DNA of 64,000 bases from Candidatus Undinarchaeota archaeon (GTDB lineage Archaea; SpSt-1190; JASMDC01), in the NCBI GenBank assembly GCA_964519305.1, contig CAZFHY010000012.1, forward strand, positions 1,003 through 65,002. The letters are read 5' to 3'. The notes beneath the pieces are model-generated. The model saw only the letters and a program-made list of their open reading frames with translations, had not been told where the DNA came from and did no database searches. Positions 48,097 to 58,122 of this stretch are shown one piece after another; position 1 is the first letter of the stretch; each line of letters begins with the position of its first letter. A program made the position numbers and the translations under genes.

Positions 48097-49206
48097 TCAT
48101 CCGAACGTCATGAGGGTGACATCCGGTTCCTCGGTGGACGACATTCGCCATAGCCAGGACACCGGTGACACGCGGTCCGGGCCCCCGCTCGCCATCCCCA
48201 TCAGAGTCACGACACCGGGCTCGAGCGTCTGGACCGATGCTGGTGTGAATAGCACTGACGACGCTGGCAGGTCCGAGGTCCGTGCGATCGGACCTAGGTC
48301 CCACGCGCGCATGGTCCCGTCCTCACCACCGGTGAAAAGGCGTGCTCCGTCGGTCGCGAGCGCCCAGATAGCGGAGCCCGCTCGTACCGTTGCGAGTTCC
48401 TCGAATGTGGTGCCGTCGAGAATTCGGACCTGACCGTTCTTCAGGCCCACGTAGACGTAACGCGGACCTACAAGGATGGAGTAGACCGCGGTCCCCATGT
48501 CGATGAAGGCCTGTCGTTCGAAAGTAGTCTTGTCGAACACGCGCAGCCACCCGTCCTGGGCTCCTGTCAGGATCAGGTTCCCGTCGACGACGACCGTCCA
48601 GATGAAGGAAGGGGTCGGGATCCGGGTCACCAGGGTAAGGTCGTCCTGCTCCCAGATGGTCACTCCCCCGGGGGCATCGTCGCATCCACAGGGATTCCCA
48701 CCGCCACCTGCATAGATGTAACGACCATCGGCCACGGCCCAGTGGAAGAACGCTTCTCCGAACAGGCGCCCGCGCTCCGCGAGCGTCACCGCGTCGAACA
48801 CGACAACAGGTCCCCCCTCGGTGGCACCGACCACCACCTGCGCGTCTGCGAACACGGAGTGCACGGGAGCGCCCAAGGATAGCCGGGAGCGTTCGACCAG
48901 ATCACGCCGGTCCACGACCGCGATCGTGCCGTCATCGTTCCCGATGAATATGTCGCCACCCGATTCGGCAATGGCGGACGACCAGCCGTCGGTGATCGGG
49001 AGGGAGCTCAGCTGGGCATGGTCGCTCGTATCGAACACGCGTAGACGGCCGTTCCCACCGACCGTGTACACCTCGCCGTCGCCCTGGAGGATGCCGAACA
49101 CCTCGCTCGTGTGGACGATCTCGCCCGCAGGCCTCACCTCAAAGGCAATGCTGGGGACCATCAGCAGAAGATATACTATGATGAAAAGCCTATGAAACGA
49201 GCCCAT
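48097..49206 (-). CDS. secreted beta-propeller (PQQ/WD40-like) repeat protein
   Basis: Signal peptide and repeated roughly 40-aa units with G..G...V.D motifs typical of PQQ-like propellers. Confidence 0.5.
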   Translation of the reverse strand: MGSFHRLFIIVYLLLMVPSIAFEVRPAGEIVHTSEVFGILQGDGEVYTVGGNGRLRVFDTSDHAQLSSLPITDGWSSAIAESGGDIFIGNDDGTIAVVDRRDLVERSRLSLGAPVHSVFADAQVVVGATEGGPVVVFDAVTLAERGRLFGEAFFHWAVADGRYIYAGGGGNPCGCDDAPGGVTIWEQDDLTLVTRIPTPSFIWTVVVDGNLILTGAQDGWLRVFDKTTFERQAFIDMGTAVYSILVGPRYVYVGLKNGQVRILDGTTFEELATVRAGSAIWALATDGARLFTGGEDGTMRAWDLGPIARTSDLPASSVLFTPASVQTLEPGVVTLMGMASGGPDRVSPVSWLWRMSSTEEPDVTLMTFG

Positions 49207-49303
49207 TCAACGCCCTCCGACCGGTCGACCCTGTCCAATATATTCTAAGTCGTTACAGGGCAATAAACCTTTCGGCAGGGGTGCCCGGAGGGCAGATGGG
49301 TCC

Positions 49304-49525
49304 CTATGATATGGAGTTCAGGAAGTAGCCGGAACGGCGTCCTCGGAGCACCTTACCGACGTCCCCACGGACGAGAAGTCGCTGGAGAGCGCGACCGACG
49401 TCCCTGTGTCCCATCCCGGTGGCACGGGCGAGGGCTGTCAGCCCGACAATGCGCGTATCACCGTCAGCCTGCATCCCGGCCATCTTATGGATCACTTCAT
49501 TCTCTATCTCTCTCGCTCGGTACAT
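49304..49525 (-). CDS. small winged-helix DNA-binding protein
   Basis: 73 aa; IVGLTALARATGMGHRDVGRALQRLLVRGDV resembles a wHTH recognition helix. Confidence 0.4.
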   Translation of the reverse strand: MYRAREIENEVIHKMAGMQADGDTRIVGLTALARATGMGHRDVGRALQRLLVRGDVGKVLRGRRSGYFLNSIS

Positions 49526-49642
49526 ATTACCTCACCAAGCCCATTCGACTCTACAAGATTGGTTTTAAAGATTCCCTTTAGACGTCCGCAGAGAGGATCG
49601 TGGGGGATACCAATTTAACTCCTAGCAGGCACACCGTGAACG

Positions 49643-50200
49643 ATGGATAGTGATAGGAGTGGCGTCGTGTTCGTCGCAGCTATCCTCGCAGCTTTCCTCG
49701 CACTCCTCTTTATCACCAATTATCTCGCATCATCCCCCATCGCGGGTGAGGCCGCACGTGACTGTATGTCCGAACCGTCCGGGACACGAAGAGACCAGTG
49801 CTATATCGAGGTGGCTTCGGAACTGGCGCGTACGGACCCTGAGGGTGCAAAACAGCTCTGTCTCGATCAGATAGGTGATCCTGGACGGGTTGAACCCTGT
49901 CTCGCCCAGGCCGCAGTATCCCGGAGCGAAGGGAGCGCAGGAGTGGAGGCGGGGATCACCCTGTGCGTGGGCGACCGCAGGGAAGGCTGCCTGCTGGACC
50001 TCGCACGCCGTTCCTCACTGAGCGATCCCCAAGGATCGATGTTCGTGTGCCGCGCCATTCAGAACACGGGGCTCCGTGACTCCTGTATCCTCCATATCGT
50101 GAGCACACGCAAGCTCCCACTAGGGCTCGCCGAGGTAGCTTGCAGGAACGTGAACGGCACGATATCCAAGGAGCGATGCCAGCGAATAGCGAGTGATTAG
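49643..50200 (+). CDS. secreted Cys-rich protein (about 10 Cys)
   Basis: N-terminal TM/signal (VVFVAAILAAFLALLFI) and regularly spaced Cys residues. Confidence 0.4.
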   Translation: MDSDRSGVVFVAAILAAFLALLFITNYLASSPIAGEAARDCMSEPSGTRRDQCYIEVASELARTDPEGAKQLCLDQIGDPGRVEPCLAQAAVSRSEGSAGVEAGITLCVGDRREGCLLDLARRSSLSDPQGSMFVCRAIQNTGLRDSCILHIVSTRKLPLGLAEVACRNVNGTISKERCQRIASD

Positions 50201-50655
50201 TCGCGGTCCCGCCAGGACCGACGTGCTTTATTCCTACGTTCTACGAGCATCCGGTGGTGGAAACGTCGCTTGACGTTGAAGTAGTATCCCTCAAGGAGCT
50301 GGAGCAGGTCCCATAGTTCAGAGCCCTGGAGCACCTCGACATCCACTGAGTAGTGACCGTCATCGTCCTTGAGGAGCGGCATCACCCTCCGTAGGATTAG
50401 GCGAAGTCGCTGATTGTCAAGCTCCACGCTCCGGTACAGGTCGTTGAGGGTCGACCGCGGGTGGAGGTAGATGAAGAGCATGAGGCGGACCTCGTCCACG
50501 AAGAGGCGCTGGATCCATACACTAGCATCCAGGACCTCATTGATATGGACATCCTCATCCTCATCGACGGTCACGTCGAAGGGTCTTGTGTGCTGGAGCT
50601 TCAGCTCGAGGGAGATTAGCTCCTCCTCGATGGCCTCCCAGCCCCCGTCCTTCAT
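50197..50655 (-). CDS. hypothetical protein
   Basis: Start set at the internal ATG (MKDGGWEAIEE) to avoid overlap with the divergent flippase gene. Confidence 0.35.
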   Translation of the reverse strand: MKDGGWEAIEEELISLELKLQHTRPFDVTVDEDEDVHINEVLDASVWIQRLFVDEVRLMLFIYLHPRSTLNDLYRSVELDNQRLRLILRRVMPLLKDDDGHYSVDVEVLQGSELWDLLQLLEGYYFNVKRRFHHRMLVERRNKARRSWRDRD

Positions 50656-50708
50656 TGAACGCGGAAAGGTGCTGAACACATTTAAAGCTACGGACGGACG
50701 CGTCCGCG

Positions 50709-52229
50709 ATGGGCAAGGTGCTCGACCGTCTTTCCGGGCTCGCCCTCCGATACTGGGCTTTCCTTGTCGCAAGCTTCGTGTTCTCCTTCATTTTCAAGGT
50801 CACGGTAGCGGGATGGCTAGGGCCGGCGCACAACGGTGCGTTCGTCATCGGGCTCGGGCTGTGCTCGTTCATCGCTTTCGTGTCCCAGTTGGGCTACCCC
50901 TTCGCCCTGACCCGGTTCATCGCGGAGCACAAGGAGCAGGAGGACCGCGAAGCAGTGTCCGAGACGCTCTCGGGATGTCTTGTCCTGGTCATCGTAACCG
51001 GCGGTATCGCCGGAGTAGGCCTATTCCTCGCTTCCGACCATGTGGCGACCACTGTGTACAAGGACCCTGAGCTCGCGACCACTATCGCACTGTTCGCCCT
51101 CGTCATCCCTCTCTTCGCCCTGTTCGACGCTACGTTCTACGCCCTGCGCGGTTTCCAGCGACAGGACCAGGAAGGGATGATTCGGGCCTTGAGCACGCTC
51201 GTCCAGCTCGTGATCGCTGTGGCCCTCCTCTCAATGGGCTTGGGCCTGCGCGGTGTCATCGCCGCTGTCATCGCCAGTTTCGTCGTCAGCGCGGTGGCAG
51301 GCCTCTTCCTCGTATCAAGGAACGCGGGCGGGGTCCGCCCCGTGATGCCGTCGTCCGATTCGTTCAAACGGCTCAGCACGTTCGCCATCCCGCTGGGGAT
51401 CTCCAACATGTTCGCCACGGTCTCTGAACTTGTGGACACCGCCATCATCACTCGCGTCGCCGGCAAGGCGGTCGTCGGCGCCTACCAGGCATGCTTCCCC
51501 TTCACGATCAGCCTGGCGAACCTATCCTTCTTCATCGCACCTCTCATCATGCCGCTGGCCGCAGGTCTTTCGTCCGGTGGTGACGAACGTCGGCTCAAGC
51601 GGCTGTTCGGGGCACTGGTCCGTTACCCGTGGTTCGCATTCCTCCCGGTCGCTCTGCTTGTAGCGGGGATCGCGGATCCCCTGGTCACTCACCTGTACGC
51701 TCAGCGATACGGGCCCTACCTCCCCGAGATGGGCCGCCTGACAGCGGTCCTCGCCTTCGCCGTGCTCTTCCAGATGCTCACTCTCCTCTTCTTCCAGATG
51801 GCCGGTGGCCTCGGGAGGTCCCAAGAGGTGCTCCGTATCAACCTTGCCTACCTCTCGATTCTCGCCGGACTGGACCTCGTGCTGGTCCCCGAACTGAGCG
51901 CCACCGGCGCCGCCATCGCACGGCTCGTGGCCGCAGGAAGCGCGGTCGCTCTCTACATCCGACTTCTGGGGAATGAGGTCGGACGACCTTCGTTCGCGGG
52001 GATCCCAACAAGCTGCCTTCTTGCACTTGTCGCGTTCGCTGCCATGCGGTCGGTACCGGTTACATCACCTGTCCCCGCCATCGCGGCACGCGCTGCTGTG
52101 GGGCTCGTCATCTACATACCAGCATTCCTGTACCTTTGCGTTACGGAGGATGACCGGACCGTTGTCAAGGAGTTCATCGGCTCCTTACCGGGGAAGGATG
52201 TTGCCGCTGACGAGGATGTCGATGCGTGA
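50709..52229 (+). CDS. MOP-superfamily (Wzx/PST or MATE-like) polysaccharide/oligosaccharide flippase
   Basis: Roughly 12-14 TM helices and a length of about 500 aa. The sequence style matches polysaccharide biosynthesis/export family proteins. Confidence 0.65.
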   Translation: MGKVLDRLSGLALRYWAFLVASFVFSFIFKVTVAGWLGPAHNGAFVIGLGLCSFIAFVSQLGYPFALTRFIAEHKEQEDREAVSETLSGCLVLVIVTGGIAGVGLFLASDHVATTVYKDPELATTIALFALVIPLFALFDATFYALRGFQRQDQEGMIRALSTLVQLVIAVALLSMGLGLRGVIAAVIASFVVSAVAGLFLVSRNAGGVRPVMPSSDSFKRLSTFAIPLGISNMFATVSELVDTAIITRVAGKAVVGAYQACFPFTISLANLSFFIAPLIMPLAAGLSSGGDERRLKRLFGALVRYPWFAFLPVALLVAGIADPLVTHLYAQRYGPYLPEMGRLTAVLAFAVLFQMLTLLFFQMAGGLGRSQEVLRINLAYLSILAGLDLVLVPELSATGAAIARLVAAGSAVALYIRLLGNEVGRPSFAGIPTSCLLALVAFAAMRSVPVTSPVPAIAARAAVGLVIYIPAFLYLCVTEDDRTVVKEFIGSLPGKDVAADEDVDA

Positions 52230-52330
52230 CCCGTCACCCCTTCCTAGTGACACCCAATCCAAAAGATATATATACCCCCTGTCCTGCCGATTTTGTTCAT
52301 TCAAGGACTAATGGTACACAGGTGACAACC

Positions 52331-52927
52331 ATGATTGAGCTCCCAAACGAGGGCGATGCCCCCAGTTATGACATAGGTGGAATGAAGGAAGAGATCGATG
52401 CCTACATGGGCGTGCTGGACAAGTACAACCAGCAGATCCTCCAGGGACGTCCACCTTGGGACAAGTTCGAGGAGATGGACTGGCACACTGGTGCCAAGGA
52501 CTATCTAAAGGAGCTCCATGGTAACGACGCGTCCACCGTGTACAATGCCTTGAAGAACACCGGCGACGTCACCACCTTCATGAGCTTCGGGCTGAAACAG
52601 TCGTATGGCGGCGAGGCGGTCGACGCCTTGATGGACGAGTACGCCAATCAGACCCGCGACGCTTTCGACAAGCTCAGTGGTAAGGTGCGCGAGGCCGGGA
52701 TGGAGAGCTTCGCCGAGACCTTCACGGGCATCGGCGACGGGCTGGCAAAGGTCTACGAGCATCAGCCCTCCGGCTACCTCTTTGCCGAGGGATTGCTGCA
52801 TATCAGTGATCAGGCGAGCAACATCGCCAAGAGCATCGAGCAGTCCGCCGACAAGTTCACCGGCGAGCTCGAGAAGCTCACGAACCTGATCGACAAGCTG
52901 AACGAGCGGTACGGGGAGCTGGAGTAA
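52331..52927 (+). CDS. hypothetical helical protein
   Basis: Start at the internal ATG, preceded by a GGTGA Shine-Dalgarno-like sequence. Helical/coiled-coil composition. Confidence 0.4.
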   Translation: MIELPNEGDAPSYDIGGMKEEIDAYMGVLDKYNQQILQGRPPWDKFEEMDWHTGAKDYLKELHGNDASTVYNALKNTGDVTTFMSFGLKQSYGGEAVDALMDEYANQTRDAFDKLSGKVREAGMESFAETFTGIGDGLAKVYEHQPSGYLFAEGLLHISDQASNIAKSIEQSADKFTGELEKLTNLIDKLNERYGELE

Positions 52928-53034
52928 CCCTCCAGCCCCCTGCCTTTTCTTTTCCCATTTTCCACCCTGCATAGCGTGAGCTAGGACCGGCAGGGCACGA
53001 AGCCCATTTATTCCTTTACCCACTCAAAAGCGCC

Positions 53035-54246
53035 ATGGATATCGCCAGGGCCACACATCTTCTCGAGGACGACATCACAGGGTTCTGTCAGCGACTGGTG
53101 AGGACACCCTCCCTCTCAGGTGACGAAGGAGCGGTGGCCGAGCTCCTCCTGAACCGTCTCGACAGTTCATTCGATGAGGTGTTCATCGACCCTATGGGAT
53201 CGGTAATAGGCCGGATCGAGGGTGGCGACGGTCCTTCCATCCTCTTCAATGGTCACATGGACACAGTCCCCCCCGGGGACAGGGAGGCCTGGTCGTGCGA
53301 ACCGTTCTGCGGAACGGTCGTTGACGGACAGGTCTTCGGCCGCGGCGCTGTCGATATGAAGGGCGCGCTGGCGGCCATGGCCTTCATGGGCGATATCCTG
53401 GCAAAGGCCGGTATCGAGCCACCAGGTGAGCGAATTGTTTGCTTCGTCGTGCACGAGGAGACGTGCGAAGGCCTTGCCATGCGCCACCTCCTCGAGGAGG
53501 GACGTGTCCACGAGCCCGCCCTCGTGGTCCTCGGTGAGGCCACGGGTCTCGACCTGGCCATCGGTCATCGGGGCCGTGCTGAGGTCACGCTCACGACCCC
53601 GGGCGTTTCGGCCCACGCTAGCATGCCCCACCTGGGCGAGAACGCCCTCATGTCTATGACGCGGGTGCTGGACCGGTTGGACTCCGTCGAGCTGCCCGCG
53701 CACGACCTCCTTGGCGGTGGTACCCAGTGCGCCGTGGGCATAAGCTGCTCTCCTGGCGACGGACCAGTGGTCCCGGAGCGATGCAACGCCCTGATCGACC
53801 GGCGGACCGTGATCGGTGAGACCGCAGAGGGTGTCGTGGACCAGTACCGCGAGCTTATAGAGTCCATCGGCATTGATGGTGCCACGGCCACGCTCAGGCG
53901 CCACAAGCTCAGATGTCACACGGGGCTCCAGGTGGAGGGCGAGGCGTTCTACCCGGCCTGGCTGCTCCCCGATGGCTCGCCCCTGGGCCAGGGATGCCTC
54001 AGGACACTGGAGGCCGTCGGTCTCTCACCGTCACCCACCGTGTGGAACTTCAGCACCGACGGGGCGTACACGGCCGGTGTCCGCAACATCCCCACCGTTG
54101 GTTTCGGACCTGGTAACGAGTCGCTTGCCCATCGCCCTGACGAGCATGTCCCTGTCAGCGAGATCATCCGGGCCGCTACCGGGTACGCGGCAATCGCGGC
54201 CTCTGGCATGCGTCGTGTAGGTGGGTACGAGGTGGACGACGAATAG
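53035..54246 (+). CDS. M20-family metallopeptidase/deacylase (ArgE/DapE/YgeY-like)
   Basis: GHMDTVPPGD metal-binding motif, GRGAVDMKG, and HEETCEGL blocks. Confidence 0.8.
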   Translation: MDIARATHLLEDDITGFCQRLVRTPSLSGDEGAVAELLLNRLDSSFDEVFIDPMGSVIGRIEGGDGPSILFNGHMDTVPPGDREAWSCEPFCGTVVDGQVFGRGAVDMKGALAAMAFMGDILAKAGIEPPGERIVCFVVHEETCEGLAMRHLLEEGRVHEPALVVLGEATGLDLAIGHRGRAEVTLTTPGVSAHASMPHLGENALMSMTRVLDRLDSVELPAHDLLGGGTQCAVGISCSPGDGPVVPERCNALIDRRTVIGETAEGVVDQYRELIESIGIDGATATLRRHKLRCHTGLQVEGEAFYPAWLLPDGSPLGQGCLRTLEAVGLSPSPTVWNFSTDGAYTAGVRNIPTVGFGPGNESLAHRPDEHVPVSEIIRAATGYAAIAASGMRRVGGYEVDDE

Positions 54247-54294
54247 TACCTCGGGGTCACTGACACATACTCTACCTGACCGCCCACCACTCGT

Positions 54295-55698
54295 TCAGAA
54301 CAGGAAGTACAGGTACACGAAATAGAGGCCGGCCAGGATGAAAGCGGCCTTGCGACCCACGCGACCTGTGCGCCACATGATGGCGACTGCGACAGCTGAG
54401 CAGAACAGCATGTATAGTCCGTTGCTGCGCACCAGGCCCGAGTTCACGATGATGTTCCCGCCCATGAAGGCACCGAAGCCGATTGAGAAGAGCGGATCCG
54501 TGATGTTGCTGCCCACGAGGTTGCCCAGGCTCATCTCCTCCTCACCTTTGTAGGCGGCCATGGCCGAGATGATCAGCTCTGGAAGCGAGGTACCGAACCC
54601 GACCATCGTCATACCGATGATGAAGGCGGGTACACCGAACATGATGGCAAGGTTCACGGACGTGCGGACGAGCATGTTGCTCCCCACCACAACGAAGATG
54701 AATCCCGCGATCAGGAGCACTATGGCCTTCTCCCGGGTAATCTTGGAATCCTGGATCACATCGGGTGGAGCGGAGTGCTTGTAGAGGTAGATCACGTAAC
54801 AGATATAGAGCAGGGCAAGGCCCAGCCCCTCGAACCGCGTGACACACCCGGTGTCGAAGGTCGCTGAGGCGGCGTTCGAGGTACATGTGGTATTTACAGT
54901 GGACAGCTGCTGGGTGTCCGGATCAAGATAGGTCACCTCGGCCGAACCTGTCTTGGCTTCGAGCTCAGTATCATATCGGACCATCACGTTCTTGCATGTA
55001 AGAGTAATATCGCCATCGTTCCCGAACTCCTTCTTGCACGTGCAGGAGTCGGTATCCACATCGGACTCGATGAGCGATATGGTCTCAGGGATGCACAGGG
55101 AGACATTGTTGAATGGAATGTCCTGTCCGGGAGGATCGTCACCCTCGCAAATGACTGTGAGCTCATTGTCGTGCATGTCGAGCCCCATGACCAGCTGTGA
55201 CTTTCCGGATGCCTCGGTGTATCCAAGGTGGGATGTGAACTCACCACTACGGTCCATGCAGCGGAAGGTACCGGGACCCGGTTCGCACTGGAGCGTATGG
55301 GCACAGGTGCCCGTGAGCATCGCTAGGATGCCAAGGGTCGCTGCCGCGAGCATGATGATACCGTCCTGGCGTACCTCGGACCGTTCCATGAAGATCGGGC
55401 GGATGAAGGCGCAGATACCCAGGATGAGGGTTATCTGGACAAGGTCCGAACCGATTATGTTTCCCCCGGACACTCCACCGTAGCCCTTGAACGCGGCGGT
55501 CGTCGAAACGGCGATCTCCGGGATCGACGTCCCCACCGAGATGAGGGTGAGGCCGATGAAGGCGGACGACACTCCGAGATAGAGCGCCATGGCCGACGCC
55601 GAGTCGACCACCCACTCACTGCCGAAATATACGAGGATGATAGCTACAACGAACTCTATGAATAGAAGGATGACAGGCAGCGTAAGCGGCAGTGCCAC
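54295..55698 (-). CDS. CaCA-family cation/Ca2+ exchanger with a large Cys-rich extracytoplasmic insertion
   Basis: Two alpha-repeat signatures (GTSIPEIAVSTTAAFKG; GFGTSLPELIISAMAAYKG) separated by a roughly 170-aa non-membrane domain containing 8 or more Cys residues. Confidence 0.75.
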   Translation of the reverse strand: MALPLTLPVILLFIEFVVAIILVYFGSEWVVDSASAMALYLGVSSAFIGLTLISVGTSIPEIAVSTTAAFKGYGGVSGGNIIGSDLVQITLILGICAFIRPIFMERSEVRQDGIIMLAAATLGILAMLTGTCAHTLQCEPGPGTFRCMDRSGEFTSHLGYTEASGKSQLVMGLDMHDNELTVICEGDDPPGQDIPFNNVSLCIPETISLIESDVDTDSCTCKKEFGNDGDITLTCKNVMVRYDTELEAKTGSAEVTYLDPDTQQLSTVNTTCTSNAASATFDTGCVTRFEGLGLALLYICYVIYLYKHSAPPDVIQDSKITREKAIVLLIAGFIFVVVGSNMLVRTSVNLAIMFGVPAFIIGMTMVGFGTSLPELIISAMAAYKGEEEMSLGNLVGSNITDPLFSIGFGAFMGGNIIVNSGLVRSNGLYMLFCSAVAVAIMWRTGRVGRKAAFILAGLYFVYLYFLF

Positions 55699-55752
55699 GA
55701 TGACACTAACTACTAAGGCTTTATTAAACTTCCCAGATGCGAGCCGCTCCCC

Positions 55753-56892
55753 TCATCTGAGCTTGGAGAGGATGGGTGTGAGCACTGCAGGGATGCTCAC
55801 AAAAGTCCCTATGGTGCTCCCGATGTTCGCCGCAGCTCCTACTAGGAGCACGCGAAATGCGCTATTGGCCATGAGATCGTCCATATCCTCTATCTTCGTC
55901 AACGCCTCTAGGTCCTCGACCGTCAATCGACGCCACCATGCCTCGGCCAGTCCGGCGAACCATCCTGCGGCCAAGAACGGTGAGAGGCTAGTGATAGGGG
56001 CGGCCAGGAACGCTGTTATTATCGCGGGGATGCTCCCGCTTACGAGCAGGGTGCACAGCGCAGAGAGCACTCCGTTGATGAGCACCCACCGACCGAGCTC
56101 GGCACCGATGGCCACTCCCTTGAGCATGGCCAGTAGGAAGACGGCAAGGAACATGAAAGGGAGAGCGTACAAGAACATACGACCCCAGTGCCGGCGTTCT
56201 ACTATCTCGACCTCCGGTATCTCTTCATCGGTACGCAGATGGGTGGCTATTCCGTTCGCGTGAGCAGCACCCACCACAGCGACGACTGAACTCTCCTTAG
56301 CTGCGGCCTGGATGCGACGTGCCATGTAGGCGTCCCGTTCCGCCAGCAGCACCCGGTGGGCGCCAGGGGACATGTCACGAAGCTGGTCGACAAGTTCTAA
56401 GATGGCATCGCCGTCCTTGTATGTATCAAGGAGCTCGCCCACCTCCGTCTGGAGGACCTCGTCGTCAGGGGATACCAGTTCTTTGAGTATCCCGTACTTC
56501 TCTCCAAGGCTCATCTCGTCCAACGCACGACGAAGTGTCGTGGTGATGTCCCTGTCCACGAGCACGACCTCGGCGTCCACCTCTTTCGCCGCTTCGATCG
56601 CGGCCAGCATCTCCTCTCCGGGGCGGCTGCCGACACGTTGCCCGACCATTCGCTGGAATGCGAGCATCAACGCGTTGGCCAGGGCGATGTAAAGCCGGTC
56701 GGAGCGAAGGAGGTCGGCAATAGGCTCCTTCCGCCAGTCCTTTCCCTCAACGATTGCCTTGTAGCGCTTCTCGTCAAGTTCCACGGCGACGGCACCGGGA
56801 CGTTCCTTTGAGATAACGGAACGGACCTCATCGATGGAGTCGGCAGAGACGTGCGCCGTCCCAACAATGATGATGTTACTAATCCTCTCCAC
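55753..56892 (-). CDS. TraB/PrgY-family protein
   Basis: N-terminus IIVGTAHVSADSIDEVRSVI...GAVAVELDEKR, and a C-terminal hydrophobic region. Confidence 0.7.
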   Translation of the reverse strand: MERISNIIIVGTAHVSADSIDEVRSVISKERPGAVAVELDEKRYKAIVEGKDWRKEPIADLLRSDRLYIALANALMLAFQRMVGQRVGSRPGEEMLAAIEAAKEVDAEVVLVDRDITTTLRRALDEMSLGEKYGILKELVSPDDEVLQTEVGELLDTYKDGDAILELVDQLRDMSPGAHRVLLAERDAYMARRIQAAAKESSVVAVVGAAHANGIATHLRTDEEIPEVEIVERRHWGRMFLYALPFMFLAVFLLAMLKGVAIGAELGRWVLINGVLSALCTLLVSGSIPAIITAFLAAPITSLSPFLAAGWFAGLAEAWWRRLTVEDLEALTKIEDMDDLMANSAFRVLLVGAAANIGSTIGTFVSIPAVLTPILSKLR

Positions 56893-56919
56893 TTGGATTG
56901 CCTCTGGAGGCCAGCGGCC

Positions 56920-57189
56920 TCAGCTCTTCTTGAGGATGAACTCGATCTCCGAACGAAGACAGGAACTGGTGGACGCGAGCCGTCCGAACTCGTCCAGGAG
57001 GGTGGAGAGGCGGATCACCATGGTGTCGTCGATCTCCCCGCCATGCTCGTCGATGATCGCGCCGAGCTTCTCGAACCAGTGAAGAGAGAGCTTCTCGTTG
57101 CCCTCCAGCTTATCGAGGACCTCTTGGAGCCGCTTCTCACCTCCGAGAACGTCCTTGAGCCAGGTCGCCGTTTCCTCCATGGGTCTCAC
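56920..57189 (-). CDS. small hypothetical protein
   Basis: 89-aa ORF, co-oriented with the upstream Memo-like gene. Confidence 0.35.
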   Translation of the reverse strand: MRPMEETATWLKDVLGGEKRLQEVLDKLEGNEKLSLHWFEKLGAIIDEHGGEIDDTMVIRLSTLLDEFGRLASTSSCLRSEIEFILKKS

Positions 57190-57279
57190 TCTCCGAGCGT
57201 GTTGTATTGATACCCGTTGATATTTATAAGGCTCGTATCGAAGGGGCCTCCTGCGAAAGTCACGGAACAGGCGTGGGCG

Positions 57280-58119
57280 TTACTCTACGACACACGATGC
57301 GTAGCCGTTGACCTGAGTGTCGTCGTTGAGGATCTCACCTGACGTGTAGTACTTTAGCACGCGTGCCTGCTTGGCGCCCATCTCTTTACAGGCGACCATC
57401 ATCGCGCTCACGGGCGCGAATCCGCACATGGACACCTTCTTCCGCTCAATGGTCTTCATCAGGCGCTCCTCGTCGAGCTTCTCGATGTTCTGGAGCACCA
57501 GATCGTCCAGCTCCGATGCCACGCGAGCGGGGACGAAGTGCGAGAAGTCCGATGAAGCGATGATGAGCACCTTCTTCTTCAGCTCCTCTGCAGCGTCGAC
57601 TATCGAGAAGGCGACGTCGTCGCAGGCGTCCATATCGTGGATCATCATGAGGATGGGCACGATGGGCACGTCGGGGAGCACGTACTGAAGGAACGGTAGC
57701 TGTGTTTCGATGGATGGCTCGTACTGGTGCGCCATCTCGTCCAGGTCGAGCATCTCACCGTGCTTCACGATGGCCTTGGCGAACGCCTCGTCCACCTTCA
57801 CTTCCCCTAACGGCGTTTTCCATGCACCGCTCGGGTAGACGGCAAGTCCAGCCCCGGTGCCCGTATGATTAGGGCCGATGATGATGACAACGTCCGGCTT
57901 CGCGGACTCGCCTATCAACTTGTAGGCGTGGGCTGCGCAGGCACCTGAGAACATGAACGCCCCGTGGGGAACGATAATACCGTGGACACGCTTGTCCGAG
58001 CGCTCTCCAGGGAGCGCTCCGGGCCCCAGCTCATGGGTGAAGCTGTGCTTGATCTGGAGCTTGAGCTTATCTGTGTCGGCAAAGTAATGCTGTCCCGCCA
58101 CTGCCGGGAGCCTAAGCAT
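57280..58119 (-). CDS. MEMO1-family protein (AmmeMemoRadiSam system protein B-like)
   Basis: AGQHYFADT and GIIVPHGAFMFSG His/Asp-containing blocks of the Memo family. Confidence 0.75.
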   Translation of the reverse strand: MLRLPAVAGQHYFADTDKLKLQIKHSFTHELGPGALPGERSDKRVHGIIVPHGAFMFSGACAAHAYKLIGESAKPDVVIIIGPNHTGTGAGLAVYPSGAWKTPLGEVKVDEAFAKAIVKHGEMLDLDEMAHQYEPSIETQLPFLQYVLPDVPIVPILMMIHDMDACDDVAFSIVDAAEELKKKVLIIASSDFSHFVPARVASELDDLVLQNIEKLDEERLMKTIERKKVSMCGFAPVSAMMVACKEMGAKQARVLKYYTSGEILNDDTQVNGYASCVVE

Positions 58120-58122
58120 ATC

